A DNA stretch of 64,000 nt from an uncultured Clostridia bacterium (lineage in GTDB: Bacteria > Bacillota > Clostridia > TANB77 > CAG-508). Every line of letters begins with the position of its first letter. Position 1 is the stretch's first letter. The stretch spans positions 84,060 through 148,059 of the forward strand of contig CAKPDR010000001.1 in NCBI GenBank assembly GCA_934149075.1. Reading direction: 5' to 3'. The translations under genes and the position numbers were made by a program. Positions 1-9,354 of the stretch are shown here, piece after piece. The notes beneath the pieces are model-generated. The model did no database searches. It had not been told where the DNA came from and saw only the letters and a list, made by a program, of their open reading frames with translations.

Positions 1-521
1 TTCTTCTTTTTGCTTTTCTTTTTGTCTACTTTTACTTTTTGTCTACCATTTGATTCTTCTTCATTTTGATTTTGTTTTTTAGGAACTATACTTGCAAATA
101 TAGACCCAATTGGAATTCCTAATGGATTACCTGAGTTATTTTCTCCATCTTCATCATTTTCGTAATCTTCAGCATCAAAATCTTCTGGATCAAAGTCCTC
201 TAAACCTTCAATATTTTCCATTTTTAAATTTGCTGATAAATCTTTAAATAAGCTTTCTAATTGTTTTGACATATTTGACATATCTATATTATTTATTGGT
301 GGTACATTACCATTATTATTACTATTTTTATTTTTTGATTTTTGATTTTTTTCGTCATTGTTTTGTTTTTCTTGCTTATCGTTTACTGGTGGCATATTAG
401 GAATTTCTATACCTCTTTTTTTAGCACATTCTCTGCATAAACCTTCCATTGATGACTCGCCATTTTCGATTTTATTTATAAATATTTCTGCATTGTTTTT
501 ATTGCAATCTGAACATAACAT
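1..521 (-). CDS. Partial CDS (5' part only, runs off the window start). It has a zinc-ribbon-like N-terminus followed by an Asn/acidic linker, resembling the N-termini of some clostridial Clp/AAA+ family ATPases.
   Basis: Hand translation from the ATG at 521-519 gives MLCSDCNKNNAEIFINKIENGESSMEGLCRECAKKRGIEIPNMPP... and is open to position 1. Two CxxC pairs are present. The ORF is absent from the track because it has no stop inside the window. No ATPase motif lies inside the window, so the product is a guess from memory. Confidence 0.4.
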   Translation of the reverse strand, partial: MLCSDCNKNNAEIFINKIENGESSMEGLCRECAKKRGIEIPNMPPVNDKQEKQNNDEKNQKSKNKNSNNNGNVPPINNIDMSNMSKQLESLFKDLSANLKMENIEGLEDFDPEDFDAEDYENDEDGENNSGNPLGIPIGSIFASIVPKKQNQNEEESNGRQKVKVDKKKSKKK

Positions 522-676
522 ATATAAATTTTCCTCTTTTCTTTTTTAATATTATATATAATACATTAATTTTTCCAAATAGTCAATAGAAAATGCATTT
601 TGGGACTAGACAAAATTTTCTTTTTATGATAATATATCTAAGATACAAATTTATTTTGTATTATTTTAGAATATAT

Positions 677-759
677 GCCCGAATGGCGGAACTGGCAGAC
701 GCACACGACTCAAAATCGTGCGGGAAACCATGTGGGTTCGAGTCCCACTTTGGGCACCA
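677..759 (+). tRNA. tRNA-Leu (anticodon CAA), class II with a long variable arm and encoded CCA
   Basis: Hand-folded cloverleaf. Acceptor GCCCGAA/TTTGGGC. Anticodon stem CACGA/TCGTG with loop CTCAAAA. T arm GTGGG-TTCGAGT-CCCAC. Ends in ACCA. Confidence 0.9.
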
Positions 760-770
760 TAGATAAAAAA

Positions 771-793
771 GCACAGAAAATCTGTGCTTTTTC
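771..793 (+). terminator. Rho-independent terminator after tRNA-Leu
   Basis: Stem GCACAG/CTGTGC, 5-nt loop, followed by TTTTT. Confidence 0.75.
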
Positions 794-905
794 ATTTTCA
801 AATTTTTAATAGTGGGACTCGAAAAGGAACGTGCCAAGCTTCGAGCTGGTCAGGCACCAGCCGAAGCGAAGGTAAAAATAGTCCAGTGGACTATTTTTGT
901 GACGC

Positions 906-932
906 GGGTGCGAGTTGTCCCACTTTGGGCAC
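906..932 (+). repeat. Degenerate duplicate of the 3' end of tRNA-Leu (T arm plus acceptor 3' strand)
   Basis: GGGTGCGAGTTGTCCCACTTTGGGCAC matches GGGTTCGAG--TCCCACTTTGGGCAC at 734-757. No matching 5' acceptor strand is present, so this is not a functional tRNA. Confidence 0.7.
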
Positions 933-1323
933 AAAACGAAAATAATTTATCAAAACATTTTTTATGTCAATTTTGTTTGTTCCCTTGATTTTATTGTATA
1001 TTTGTTGTAAGATATTGCCAACCTGACGCTAAGAAAGGATAGCTCTTTCTAAAGAGCGAAAAGGTGGTTCACAGATTGAATGCTAACGATTATAAACACA
1101 TTCATTTTGTACTTAAATAATAACGTATACTTTAAATTTGTCAAACTATTTTCAGAATAAATGGTGTCAAATTAGTTTTCTGTTATTATTATATGCAAAA
1201 CACCTAAAAAACAATATTTTTACAAAAAAAGAGACCATTCATAGTTAATGAAGCAAAAGTAATAATTTTTTTGTAACAAAAATCATTTTATAACGTCTTA
1301 TATACAAAAGGAGGATAAAAGTT

Positions 1324-1464
1324 ATGCAGGATATCAAACAAATATATGAAGAATATTTTGAAACAGTAAACAAATATCTATTCTGTTTAACTCATGATAA
1401 TGATATCTCAGAAGAACTAACCCAAGAAACTTTTTATAAAAATGAATATGAAGTTCAACAATAA
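1324..1464 (+). pseudogene. Truncated ECF-type sigma-70 fragment (region 2 N-terminus only, 46 codons)
   Basis: Strong SD (AAAGGAGGA) then MQDIKQIYEEYFETVNKYLFCLTHDNDISEELTQETFYK, followed by a premature stop. The pattern matches the start of sigma-70 region 2 (..AEELTQETF..). Confidence 0.5.
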
Positions 1465-1525
1465 TCTACACAAAATATCTAAAAACCTACCCTGTAGTAT
1501 TTAAACAGAGTAGATTTAAATTTTT

Positions 1526-1888
1526 TTATTTTTTTATCCCATATGTATTTACTAATTTTACTTTCTGTAGTTTTATATATTCTAATGTACCTCTGTAATT
1601 TACAACCATTGTAATATCATCAGTTGCATCATATTTAGTCATCGAATATGTTTCATAAAAATCGTATTTATCTCCATCAATGAAATTATAGTTACATTTT
1701 CTTGATGGACTCATAGTGCATTCAAACTTTTCTCCTTTATTATTCATAACATAACAACCATTTTCAATATCTGATTTTACATCTATTGTCAAACCGCGAC
1801 TTAAAATCGGTGCATCTTCTTTCTCATATTTCTCTAGCATTTCTTTATATGGTGATGTTACACTCAATTCATTCATCTTTTGACTCAT
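1526..1888 (-). CDS. Hypothetical protein (120 aa)
   Basis: ORF track only. No recognisable motif. Confidence 0.4.
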   Translation of the reverse strand: MSQKMNELSVTSPYKEMLEKYEKEDAPILSRGLTIDVKSDIENGCYVMNNKGEKFECTMSPSRKCNYNFIDGDKYDFYETYSMTKYDATDDITMVVNYRGTLEYIKLQKVKLVNTYGIKK

Positions 1889-1922
1889 TATTTTTTGGCT
1901 TTCTGATGTATATAATCCATCT

Positions 1923-2091
1923 TCATCTAAAACTCCATATTTTTCTATTATATTTTTCCTCTATATCTTCATCTGAAAAATTATTATATTTGTTTCTTAT
2001 AATTTTATATATAGTTATTATAATCTTTCATTGCTAATTCAATATTTAAGATTTTGCCATCCATATAGTTATATATTTTTTGATTATTCAA
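1923..2091 (-). pseudogene. Decayed N-terminal remnant of an ECF sigma factor paralogous to 3921..4466
   Basis: It has the same leader and TTG start as the intact gene (CAATTTAGATCTAAACTCCTTTT at 2089-2112 and 4464-4487). Hand translation gives ..DGKILNIELAMKDYNNY(stop/frameshift)IYKIIRNKYNNFSDEDIEE, against DGVLNIEKIINRYNAYIYKILKNSISSEADIEE in the intact protein. Confidence 0.55.
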
Positions 2092-2264
2092 TTTAGATCT
2101 AAACTCCTTTTTATTTTGAGATATCTTACATTTATATATTACCAATTTTTTTCAATTGGTTGCATTTATTTTTTTTATTTTTCCTGTTAAGTTTTTATAT
2201 GACAAAAAACAGATAGTTTTATTAACTACCTGTGTAAAATCTATAATTTGTATAATTTTTGCTT

Positions 2265-2900
2265 TCAATAGCTATTGTTCTCTAATATCTTTTTTTGTAA
2301 CACAACTTCAAGTACCGTACATGAAAAATTTGTAACCAATAATATAACCAAATTTGTTTGATAGCAATTTTCTATATCCGTAATATATTTTTTAACATCA
2401 TAATTATCAGTACTATTTTTCTTTTCTTCTTTGTTAGATAACCATTCAAATCTACTTCCTAATGCTGAATTAAATCTTATTTCATTATTATATGATATAA
2501 AATAAAAAAATGTAGTAAAACACCAAAATATAATCTGTATAGCAATAATTGCTTTCATCACACTATTTACATCTTCACTTCTTAGTCTATATTTCTTCAA
2601 TACAAACATTGAACTCACAATTACAACCAGTAGTCCAGCTAACACTATTACAATAGAAAAAAACAAAATCTTATATGACAACTCATTGGCTATATTATAA
2701 TAATTTAATATAGAGCTTATTGAAAATTGTTCTTCTTGCATTGATTTTGATCCAACATCTGTTACAATATAAATTCCAATACGATAAATAATCCATGGAA
2801 TTAGTGACAATATAACATACTTTTCTATAAATTCTCCAATTATTTTCTTTTTTGGTGTCGCTACCTTACCATATATTTCTTCCTCTAAAATTTTTGACAT
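2265..2900 (-). CDS. Hypothetical integral membrane protein (211 aa)
   Basis: ORF track. Several hydrophobic segments. Confidence 0.5.
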   Translation of the reverse strand: MSKILEEEIYGKVATPKKKIIGEFIEKYVILSLIPWIIYRIGIYIVTDVGSKSMQEEQFSISSILNYYNIANELSYKILFFSIVIVLAGLLVVIVSSMFVLKKYRLRSEDVNSVMKAIIAIQIIFWCFTTFFYFISYNNEIRFNSALGSRFEWLSNKEEKKNSTDNYDVKKYITDIENCYQTNLVILLVTNFSCTVLEVVLQKKILENNSY

Positions 2901-3018
2901 AAGAAACTCCTTAATATGTATTTTATTTATAAATTCATATTACTATTTTGTTTTTATTCATCCTATCATAAAATCAGATAATTATCAACTAACTATCCGC
3001 TCTAAAACTTGTAGTTTG

Positions 3019-3414
3019 TTATTCTTTTACTATTTTATCAATAAAAAAATAGATAAATATCATAATTAAAGAGATTGCTAATCCAATATAAAACTCTGGA
3101 AAAGCAAATTCAATACTATTATGAATACTCATTTTTCCAGTTATATTCATTATGTGCCAAGTAAAGAATTGATATATTTCTGAAACTACAATTCCAATTG
3201 TTCCTAATGCACCTAATATTTTATTTGTCTTTTTATTTTTAAATGATACCCATACACCTATAATGAATAATACTACCGATATAATTCCTATTAGATTAAA
3301 CAAGTTAATCAACCCACTAATTTCCTGTACACCTTTCTTTCCTCCATATTGATTTAATAACATTGGTAATAAACTAATTAAGAATGCAATTGTTAATACA
3401 ATTTTCTTTTTCAT
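3019..3414 (-). CDS. Hypothetical small membrane protein
   Basis: ORF track. The likely start is MKKKIVLTI, preceded by GGAGG. About 4 hydrophobic helices. Confidence 0.5.
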   Translation of the reverse strand: MKKKIVLTIAFLISLLPMLLNQYGGKKGVQEISGLINLFNLIGIISVVLFIIGVWVSFKNKKTNKILGALGTIGIVVSEIYQFFTWHIMNITGKMSIHNSIEFAFPEFYIGLAISLIMIFIYFFIDKIVKE

Positions 3415-3502
3415 AAATACCTCCACAATAACTTACTATTTTTAAAAATTATACCATAACATAACAAAATACTCCATAAATTTGTACAGAGTATTCTAAA
3501 AC

Positions 3503-3931
3503 TTATTTGTTTTCTATCGTTATACTTTCTTCTCCATCTTTTATATTTTCTTTAAATGTTAAGTTTTGATTATCCAAGTTATTTTTATCTACTTCTATTG
3601 TATGTTCAGCTCCATCCTTTTCTATATGATATTTTTCTATTGTATGATTATTAGAATCTGTGTAAGTAGTTCCTTTTACTTCTTCTTGCTTTCCATCTTT
3701 ATCAGTAAATATAACTTGAATTGTGTCTTTTGCCTTTTCTGCTAATTCTCCATTAGTTGTTGCATTTACTGTAATAAAACTTCCTGTTAGCATTATTAGC
3801 ATAACTACCACTAATGATACAATTTGTTTTCTTTTATTTATTTTCATATTTTCCTCACTTTCTAAATTAGATATAACTACCCTGTTTCTTACACTTTCAA
3901 CAATTTTTTTATTTAATTCATTATTCACCAT
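3503..3931 (-). CDS. Putative anti-sigma factor (single-pass membrane protein) coupled to the upstream ECF sigma gene
   Basis: Overlaps the sigma gene by 11 nt. Short cytoplasmic N-terminus, one TM (IVSLVVVMLIMLTGSFITV), then an extracytoplasmic domain. Confidence 0.5.
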   Translation of the reverse strand: MVNNELNKKIVESVRNRVVISNLESEENMKINKRKQIVSLVVVMLIMLTGSFITVNATTNGELAEKAKDTIQVIFTDKDGKQEEVKGTTYTDSNNHTIEKYHIEKDGAEHTIEVDKNNLDNQNLTFKENIKDGEESITIENK

Positions 3932-4466
3932 AGTTATACCCTCTTTCTTTTAAATTTCTTTTTATGGATTTTCTTGTTCTATATAAAATTATTTTTACTT
4001 TTGCTTCTGATATTTTAAAAATTTTTGCTATCTCCTTGATTTTCTTTTGATTGTAATAAAATGTTATAAAGATTTTTCTATCAAGTTCTTTTAGTTTAGA
4101 GAGTGATTCTGAAACTATTTTTGATTTTTCATTATTTTCTGCTAATTCTTCAATATTAATATGAGTAATTATATCATTTTCATAGTCATCAATACTTTCC
4201 ATATTTACATTATAATCTCTATATTTCTTTTTAATTAGATTTTTGGTTATTCCTACTAAATATGGTTTTATTTCAATATCTTTATCCAATTTCTTATAAT
4301 TCTTCCAAAATATAATAAATACATCTGATAAAATTTCTTCTATATCTGCTTCACTTGATATACTATTCTTTAATATTTTATAAATATAGGCATTATATCT
4401 ATTAATTATTTTTTCAATGTTTAATACTCCATCTTCTTCAAATGTTTTTATTGTTTCTTTTTTCAA
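3921..4466 (-). CDS. ECF-type RNA polymerase sigma-70 factor
   Basis: Region 2 (EEILSDVFIIFWKNYKKL) and a region 4 HTH (KIKEIAKIFKISEAKVKIILYRTRKSIKRNL). TTG start. Confidence 0.8.
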   Translation of the reverse strand: MKKETIKTFEEDGVLNIEKIINRYNAYIYKILKNSISSEADIEEILSDVFIIFWKNYKKLDKDIEIKPYLVGITKNLIKKKYRDYNVNMESIDDYENDIITHINIEELAENNEKSKIVSESLSKLKELDRKIFITFYYNQKKIKEIAKIFKISEAKVKIILYRTRKSIKRNLKERGYNYGE

Positions 4467-4733
4467 TTTAGATCTAAACTCCTTTTAAAAGTACCTTCAC
4501 TTATATAATCCCATTATAACCAAAAAGGTTACAAATTTTTTCAAAAAAAATAGAGAGCTTATTTCTAATATTAGCAAATTACTTATCATACTCTAATATA
4601 TTGTAGCAGTTTCTTTACTTATTATGTAAAGTGTGCTGTACTAAATATATATGATAAAATCATATATTAGAAGACCTCGCGTTCTCACTTATACTTATTC
4701 ACCAGTAAAAAAAAATTTTTGGTGGAAAAACTT

Positions 4734-4871
4734 ATGGCAAAAAAAATGGTATGTTACAATGGCGATACTTTAGCTTATCCTAATTGTTCAGATTCTAGGG
4801 TTCTTGTTAAAGGCAATAGTGTCTATGAAATACTTACTCAAAACAGTAAGTATATTGTAACAATAAACTAA
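4734..4871 (+). CDS. Small hypothetical protein (45 aa)
   Basis: Hand-found ORF MAKKMVCYNGDTLAYPNCSDSRVLVKGNSVYEILTQNSKYIVTIN, with GGTGGA 8 nt upstream and a perfect terminator 14 nt downstream. Confidence 0.4.
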   Translation: MAKKMVCYNGDTLAYPNCSDSRVLVKGNSVYEILTQNSKYIVTIN

Positions 4872-4884
4872 ATTAACTAAAAAA

Positions 4885-4919
4885 ATACGAATTTGGTAAT
4901 TCCAAATTCGTATTTTTTA
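4885..4919. terminator. Bidirectional Rho-independent terminator
   Basis: 12-bp stem ATACGAATTTGG/CCAAATTCGTAT flanked by an A-run and a T-run. Confidence 0.75.
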
Positions 4920-4926
4920 TGTATTA

Positions 4927-5003
<77 letters not shown>

Positions 5004-5073
5004 ATTTCTTAACACCTAATTATAATAACACATATTATTGACAAAGTCAACCATTTTTTAATTTTTTTTCATA

Positions 5074-5940
5074 TTATTTTGAAATTTGATTTATGATTTC
5101 TTCTTTTTCCTCAATTGTATCTTCCAAAAGTTCAGGTTTCTTTAAATATTTTGATAACAATTTAAAAGAAAAAGCATAATAATACCCATCACAAATTCTT
5201 TCATCACCAACAAAAGCTAGCGTAATACACTTTTCTTCTTTAATTTCATCATCCTCATAAATATAGCTTTTTTTCTTTTTACCCATAGAAAAAAACATAC
5301 TTGTCGTTCCAAAATTATATATATGATGATATATACTATCAATTCCAAGAGAACCAACATTAGTTATAAAAACACTCGTATGGAATGGACTAGCATCAAT
5401 TATTTTTCTTGGTAATATTCCATGTTTATCTAAAAATACAAAAAGCTTTACAACAGCTCTAATCAATCCACTAGGAATAACATTTAAAACCGCAACTAAC
5501 TTATCTGTTTTATTTGAATTCTCAAGTTCTTTATTTTGTTCTATTGCATTATCTAGTATATCTTTTATTTCAAAAATATTCTCAGTTCCATTAAATTCTA
5601 ACTTCAATGGAGTTTCAGGACCATCATCAGTTAGGTTCTTTTTTATAACAAGCGAAACATATATTTTATCTCTTTTATATAACACTCCATTCATTGCAAA
5701 TCTATTTAAATTAGGTCTTTGACCTACAATTTTTACAATAGCAGCATATATGATATTCATATATGATAAACGTAGCCCATCTTTTGCCTTTTTCTCAATG
5801 TATTCATCTAAATTTTTTAAAGCTATGTCTTGTTTAAAATATACTTGAGAATCAGCTCTATCAAGCATTACGCAAGGCATAATTTTAAAAATTGGTGGTA
5901 AGTTTTTTATTCTTTTGCCATCTGATCTATGTCCAAACAT
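5074..5940 (-). CDS. 2-oxoacid dehydrogenase E2 catalytic-domain-like acyltransferase (stand-alone)
   Basis: The C-terminal DERICDGYYYA matches the DHRxxDG catalytic motif of the CAT/E2 acyltransferase fold. Confidence 0.55.
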   Translation of the reverse strand: MFGHRSDGKRIKNLPPIFKIMPCVMLDRADSQVYFKQDIALKNLDEYIEKKAKDGLRLSYMNIIYAAIVKIVGQRPNLNRFAMNGVLYKRDKIYVSLVIKKNLTDDGPETPLKLEFNGTENIFEIKDILDNAIEQNKELENSNKTDKLVAVLNVIPSGLIRAVVKLFVFLDKHGILPRKIIDASPFHTSVFITNVGSLGIDSIYHHIYNFGTTSMFFSMGKKKKSYIYEDDEIKEEKCITLAFVGDERICDGYYYAFSFKLLSKYLKKPELLEDTIEEKEEIINQISK

Positions 5941-5958
5941 CTTCTTTTCCCCTTTTGC

Positions 5959-6903
5959 TTACTCTATTCCCAATATTTTTGCTTCAACATTAAACATCTT
6001 GTATTTTTTAGTTTCCTCATCTAATTTAAACTCTATTAACGTATTTTCAAGACTTTCACTATTTTGTCTTAAATCTGTTGTAAAATATAACTTTATTTGA
6101 GGAATTTCTAATTTATTTTTTACTATTTCTTTAAATGTTTCAACAGTATGTTTATCATCTTCACATACAAATATTAATTGTGGTAATGCTGAAAATCCTG
6201 AATCCCCAGGAACAAAATTCTCATAAAACTCTTTATACATAGTCATTTTGTCTACAAGTTTTTTCTGCCAATCTTTTTCTCTTCTAATTACTTCAAATAA
6301 AAATGTTATTGATTTTTTATTTTTAGTAAGTTTTACAGATCCACCTGTTGCCTTAAATACTTTTCCTGACATTTTTGCATTTAAAGCAGGCTTAACAACA
6401 TAACTATCAAATGCTTTTACTTTTCTTAGATAAGCAATTAATGTTTGATTTCCTGCTAATCTTTTCTTTATCATTGCAACTGGTTTAACATTATCTGTTT
6501 GTTGCCATTTACATTCAATTTCTTTTGAAGTTAATAAATATTTTCCCATCTTTTCAAGACAATAAATTCTATATATTCCTTTACCTTCTTCAGATGTAAA
6601 ATAATATCTTGTTAAAATTTTTGATTTTACAAGTTGATCTAATTTATTATTTAATTTATCTTGTGATTTTGGATCTATTCCTTTCCACTCTAGCATTTGA
6701 TATATTTGTCTAGAAGTTATAAATTCAAATTCGTTTACTAACTCTAATATTGCAAAATGAATATCTGTTATATGTCCTATATTAATTTTATGTATAATTT
6801 GATTCATAGACACATATCCGTCTTTTCCATCAAATGTTTTTATTTCACCTTCTCTTATTGCAAATGGTGATACTTGCGCTTTGATTTGGTTATCTTCAAC
6901 CAT
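5959..6903 (-). CDS. Hypothetical protein, possibly a replication-relaxation-like winged-helix protein
   Basis: N-terminal pattern ITDIHFAILELVNEFEFITSRQIYQML...LDQLVKSKILTRYYF...IYRIYCLEKMGKYLL resembles the Replic_Relax architecture. From memory only. Confidence 0.3.
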   Translation of the reverse strand: MVEDNQIKAQVSPFAIREGEIKTFDGKDGYVSMNQIIHKINIGHITDIHFAILELVNEFEFITSRQIYQMLEWKGIDPKSQDKLNNKLDQLVKSKILTRYYFTSEEGKGIYRIYCLEKMGKYLLTSKEIECKWQQTDNVKPVAMIKKRLAGNQTLIAYLRKVKAFDSYVVKPALNAKMSGKVFKATGGSVKLTKNKKSITFLFEVIRREKDWQKKLVDKMTMYKEFYENFVPGDSGFSALPQLIFVCEDDKHTVETFKEIVKNKLEIPQIKLYFTTDLRQNSESLENTLIEFKLDEETKKYKMFNVEAKILGIE

Positions 6904-6962
6904 TTCAATCCCTCCTTATAATTTTAGTTGCTAATTATAGCATCTTTTTTACACCTAGTCTT

Positions 6963-7418
6963 TTAAACTACTATCAATTTTATTTTTTTCTTTTCTGGCA
7001 AGATCTTCTTTATGCATACATCAACTGTTTCACCATATTTTAGTTCTCTTGTATACTCTGTCATACCTACTAAATTAGGTGTTAATTCAATAAATATACC
7101 ATTTTTGTTTTTTTCTGTATCTCTTACAATTCCCTTTACTGTCATTCCTTCTTTAAAGCTTTTTATGTTATCATCCCATGTTCCTAAACAGTTTTTATAT
7201 GATAAACTTACTCTTCCAGTATTTTCGTCTACAGATTTTACCATACATTTTATCTTTTGTCCAACTTTTACTCTTTCTTCTGGTGATTTTATTCTTGCAA
7301 CTGATAAATCTTCTATAAATACAAGTCCGTCTATTCCATTATCCATTTTAATAAAAGCACCATATGGTTGTATACCTGTTACGGTTCCACCAACTATTTG
7401 TCCTTGTTCGACTTTCAT
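6963..7418 (-). CDS. S1 RNA-binding domain protein (two S1/OB repeats)
   Basis: GQIVGGTVTGIQPYGAFIKMDNGIDGLVFIEDLS plus a second repeat GMTVKGIVRD..GIFIEL. Confidence 0.8.
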   Translation of the reverse strand: MKVEQGQIVGGTVTGIQPYGAFIKMDNGIDGLVFIEDLSVARIKSPEERVKVGQKIKCMVKSVDENTGRVSLSYKNCLGTWDDNIKSFKEGMTVKGIVRDTEKNKNGIFIELTPNLVGMTEYTRELKYGETVDVCIKKILPEKKKIKLIVV

Positions 7419-7491
7419 TTTTCTTTTGCTCCTTTTTCTTTTGTTTCAACAATATTATATCTTTTCTTAAACATATTTTCAACTATTTTAA

Positions 7492-8208
7492 TTAATTTTT
7501 TAACAATTCTTCTACTTCTCTTTTTTGTAAGAATCTCCACTTGCCAAGTTCCAAATCTTTTACACCTATTTTTCCTATTTTACTTCTATGTAAAGCTAAG
7601 ACCTTTCTTCCAACCGCTTCACACATCTTTCTAACTTGTCTATTCTTTCCTTCATGAATTGTTATTTCTAATCTTGAAATATCTTTTTCTGCATCAGTTT
7701 TTAAAATCTTTACCTTTGCAGGTTTTGTCGTATAATCATCTATTTTAACACCTTTTTTTAATTGTTCAACTTCTATATTTTTAACAATTCCTTTTACAGT
7801 AACAGTATAAGTTTTTTCTATTTCGTGTTTTGGATGTGTAACCTTGTAAACAAAATCACCATCATTTGTCAATATCAATGCACCTGATGTATACATATCC
7901 AATCTTCCAACAGGTACAACCCTTTCTCTAACTTTTACTAAATCTAGCACTGTATCTCTTCCAAATTGATCATCAGCAGTTGTCACATATCCTATTGGTT
8001 TATTTAATAAAATATAGACTTGTTTAGTAACTTGTTTTACAATTTCTCCATCAAATATGACCATATCTTTGTCTGGATTTATTTTTGTTCCAAGTTCTTT
8101 CACAATTTTTCCATTAACTTGTACTTTTCCTTGTGAAATATATTCTTCACACTTTCTTCTTGAAGCAACCCCACAACTGGCTAAATATTTTTGCAATCTC
8201 TCTTCCAT
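7492..8208 (-). CDS. rluB: rRNA pseudouridine synthase, RsuA/RluB family (S4 domain plus catalytic domain)
   Basis: N-terminal S4 (RLQKYLASCGVASRRKCEEYI) and catalytic GRLDMYTSGALILTNDG. Confidence 0.85.
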   Translation of the reverse strand: MEERLQKYLASCGVASRRKCEEYISQGKVQVNGKIVKELGTKINPDKDMVIFDGEIVKQVTKQVYILLNKPIGYVTTADDQFGRDTVLDLVKVRERVVPVGRLDMYTSGALILTNDGDFVYKVTHPKHEIEKTYTVTVKGIVKNIEVEQLKKGVKIDDYTTKPAKVKILKTDAEKDISRLEITIHEGKNRQVRKMCEAVGRKVLALHRSKIGKIGVKDLELGKWRFLQKREVEELLKN

Positions 8209-8248
8209 TTTTAATCCTCTCTAAAATTTTATTCCTATTTTTTTCTTT

Positions 8249-8279
8249 GGGAAATTTTGTACCGGGTACATTTTTTCCC
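8249..8279. repeat. 31-bp palindrome, GTACCGGGTAC-core family (copy F1, imperfect)
   Basis: GGGAAATTTTGTACCGGGTACATTTTTTCCC. Outer GGGAAA/TTTCCC and inner TGTACC/GGTACA arms pair, with a 3-nt internal bubble. Confidence 0.85.
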
Positions 8280-8427
8280 AAGTACATTTTTACTTTATAG
8301 GACTGGTTCTTTTTTTATATATTTTTGCATATTATATATTAATTCCTTTTACTTTTTTAAAAGGCTTTATATAGATTCTCCGGCAAGGTTCTCTTGCCGG
8401 ATTTTATTATTTAATAATATACATCTA

Positions 8428-9339
8428 CTATGCTCTTTCATCCAGTTTTTTTAATATATCTTCAAAATAGTCTGGTAACGGAGCTTCTAGTTTCATTTCT
8501 TTTCCTGTTACAGGATGTTTAAATTCTAAACATTTTGCATGTAAACATTGTCCTATAACTCCAAATTCATTTTTTCCATTTGAATATATATAATCACCTA
8601 TTATAGGATATCCTATATGTGATAAATGTACACGAATTTGATGTGTTCTTCCTGTTTCTATATTAATTTCTAATAATGTATATTTATCATATCTTTTTAA
8701 TACTTTAATATGGGTTACTGCATTTCTTCCATTTTTATCAACAGCCATCTTTTTTCTATCTGAACGACTTCTTCCAATTGGCATATCTATAGTTGCCTCG
8801 TTTTCCTTAACAATCCCTCTAACTAAAGCAATATATGTTTTTTTTACTTCATGATTTTTTATTTGTTCACTCATATTTACATGTGCTTTATCATTTTTTG
8901 CAACTATTAATAATCCTGAAGTATCTTTATCTAATCTATGCACAATTCCAGGTCTTATCTCTCCGCCAATTCCTGATAGACTGTCTTTACATATTGCCAT
9001 TATTGCATTTACCAATGTTCCATCAGGATTTCCATTAGCAGGATGTACTACCATTCCTTTAGGTTTATTCACAACAATTATATCACTATCTTCATATATA
9101 ATGTCTATTGGTATTTCTTGTGCTTTTAATTCTATCATTTGAGCTTCCGTTTCTTCAATTATAACCATATCTCCTTCAGTAACTTTATATGCTACTTTTC
9201 GTTTTTTTCCATTAACCAATATCTTTTCTTGTTCAATTAATCTTTGTACAGCTGTTCTTGTTAAATCATTATTTTGATTTGATATATAAGTATCTAATCT
9301 TTTTCCTTGATCTTCTTGTTTAACTATATATGTTTCCAT
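8428..9339 (-). CDS. rluD: RluA/RluD family pseudouridine synthase
   Basis: S4-like N-terminus, catalytic HRLDKDTSGLL and GRTHQIRVH. Confidence 0.85.
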   Translation of the reverse strand: METYIVKQEDQGKRLDTYISNQNNDLTRTAVQRLIEQEKILVNGKKRKVAYKVTEGDMVIIEETEAQMIELKAQEIPIDIIYEDSDIIVVNKPKGMVVHPANGNPDGTLVNAIMAICKDSLSGIGGEIRPGIVHRLDKDTSGLLIVAKNDKAHVNMSEQIKNHEVKKTYIALVRGIVKENEATIDMPIGRSRSDRKKMAVDKNGRNAVTHIKVLKRYDKYTLLEINIETGRTHQIRVHLSHIGYPIIGDYIYSNGKNEFGVIGQCLHAKCLEFKHPVTGKEMKLEAPLPDYFEDILKKLDERA

Positions 9340-9354
9340 TTCTTATTCCTCTCT

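Noticed and set aside
358-549. 63-aa plus-strand ORF at the window start
   Set aside because: It is antisense to the partial minus-strand CDS, which has a clear CxxC..CxxC N-terminus and stays open to the window edge.
811-932. A second functional tRNA, or a tRNA with an intron, downstream of tRNA-Leu
   Set aside because: Only the T-arm/acceptor 3' strand is duplicated, and with a 2-nt insertion. There is no complementary 5' acceptor strand, D arm or anticodon arm. An internal terminator-like hairpin splits the segment.
8380-8402. Hairpin CCGGCAAGGTTCTCTTGCCGG downstream of rluD as its terminator
   Set aside because: The T-run follows the stem only on the plus strand, while the neighbouring genes are on the minus strand. 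It may still be a weak or bidirectional terminator, but I could not support a confident call.
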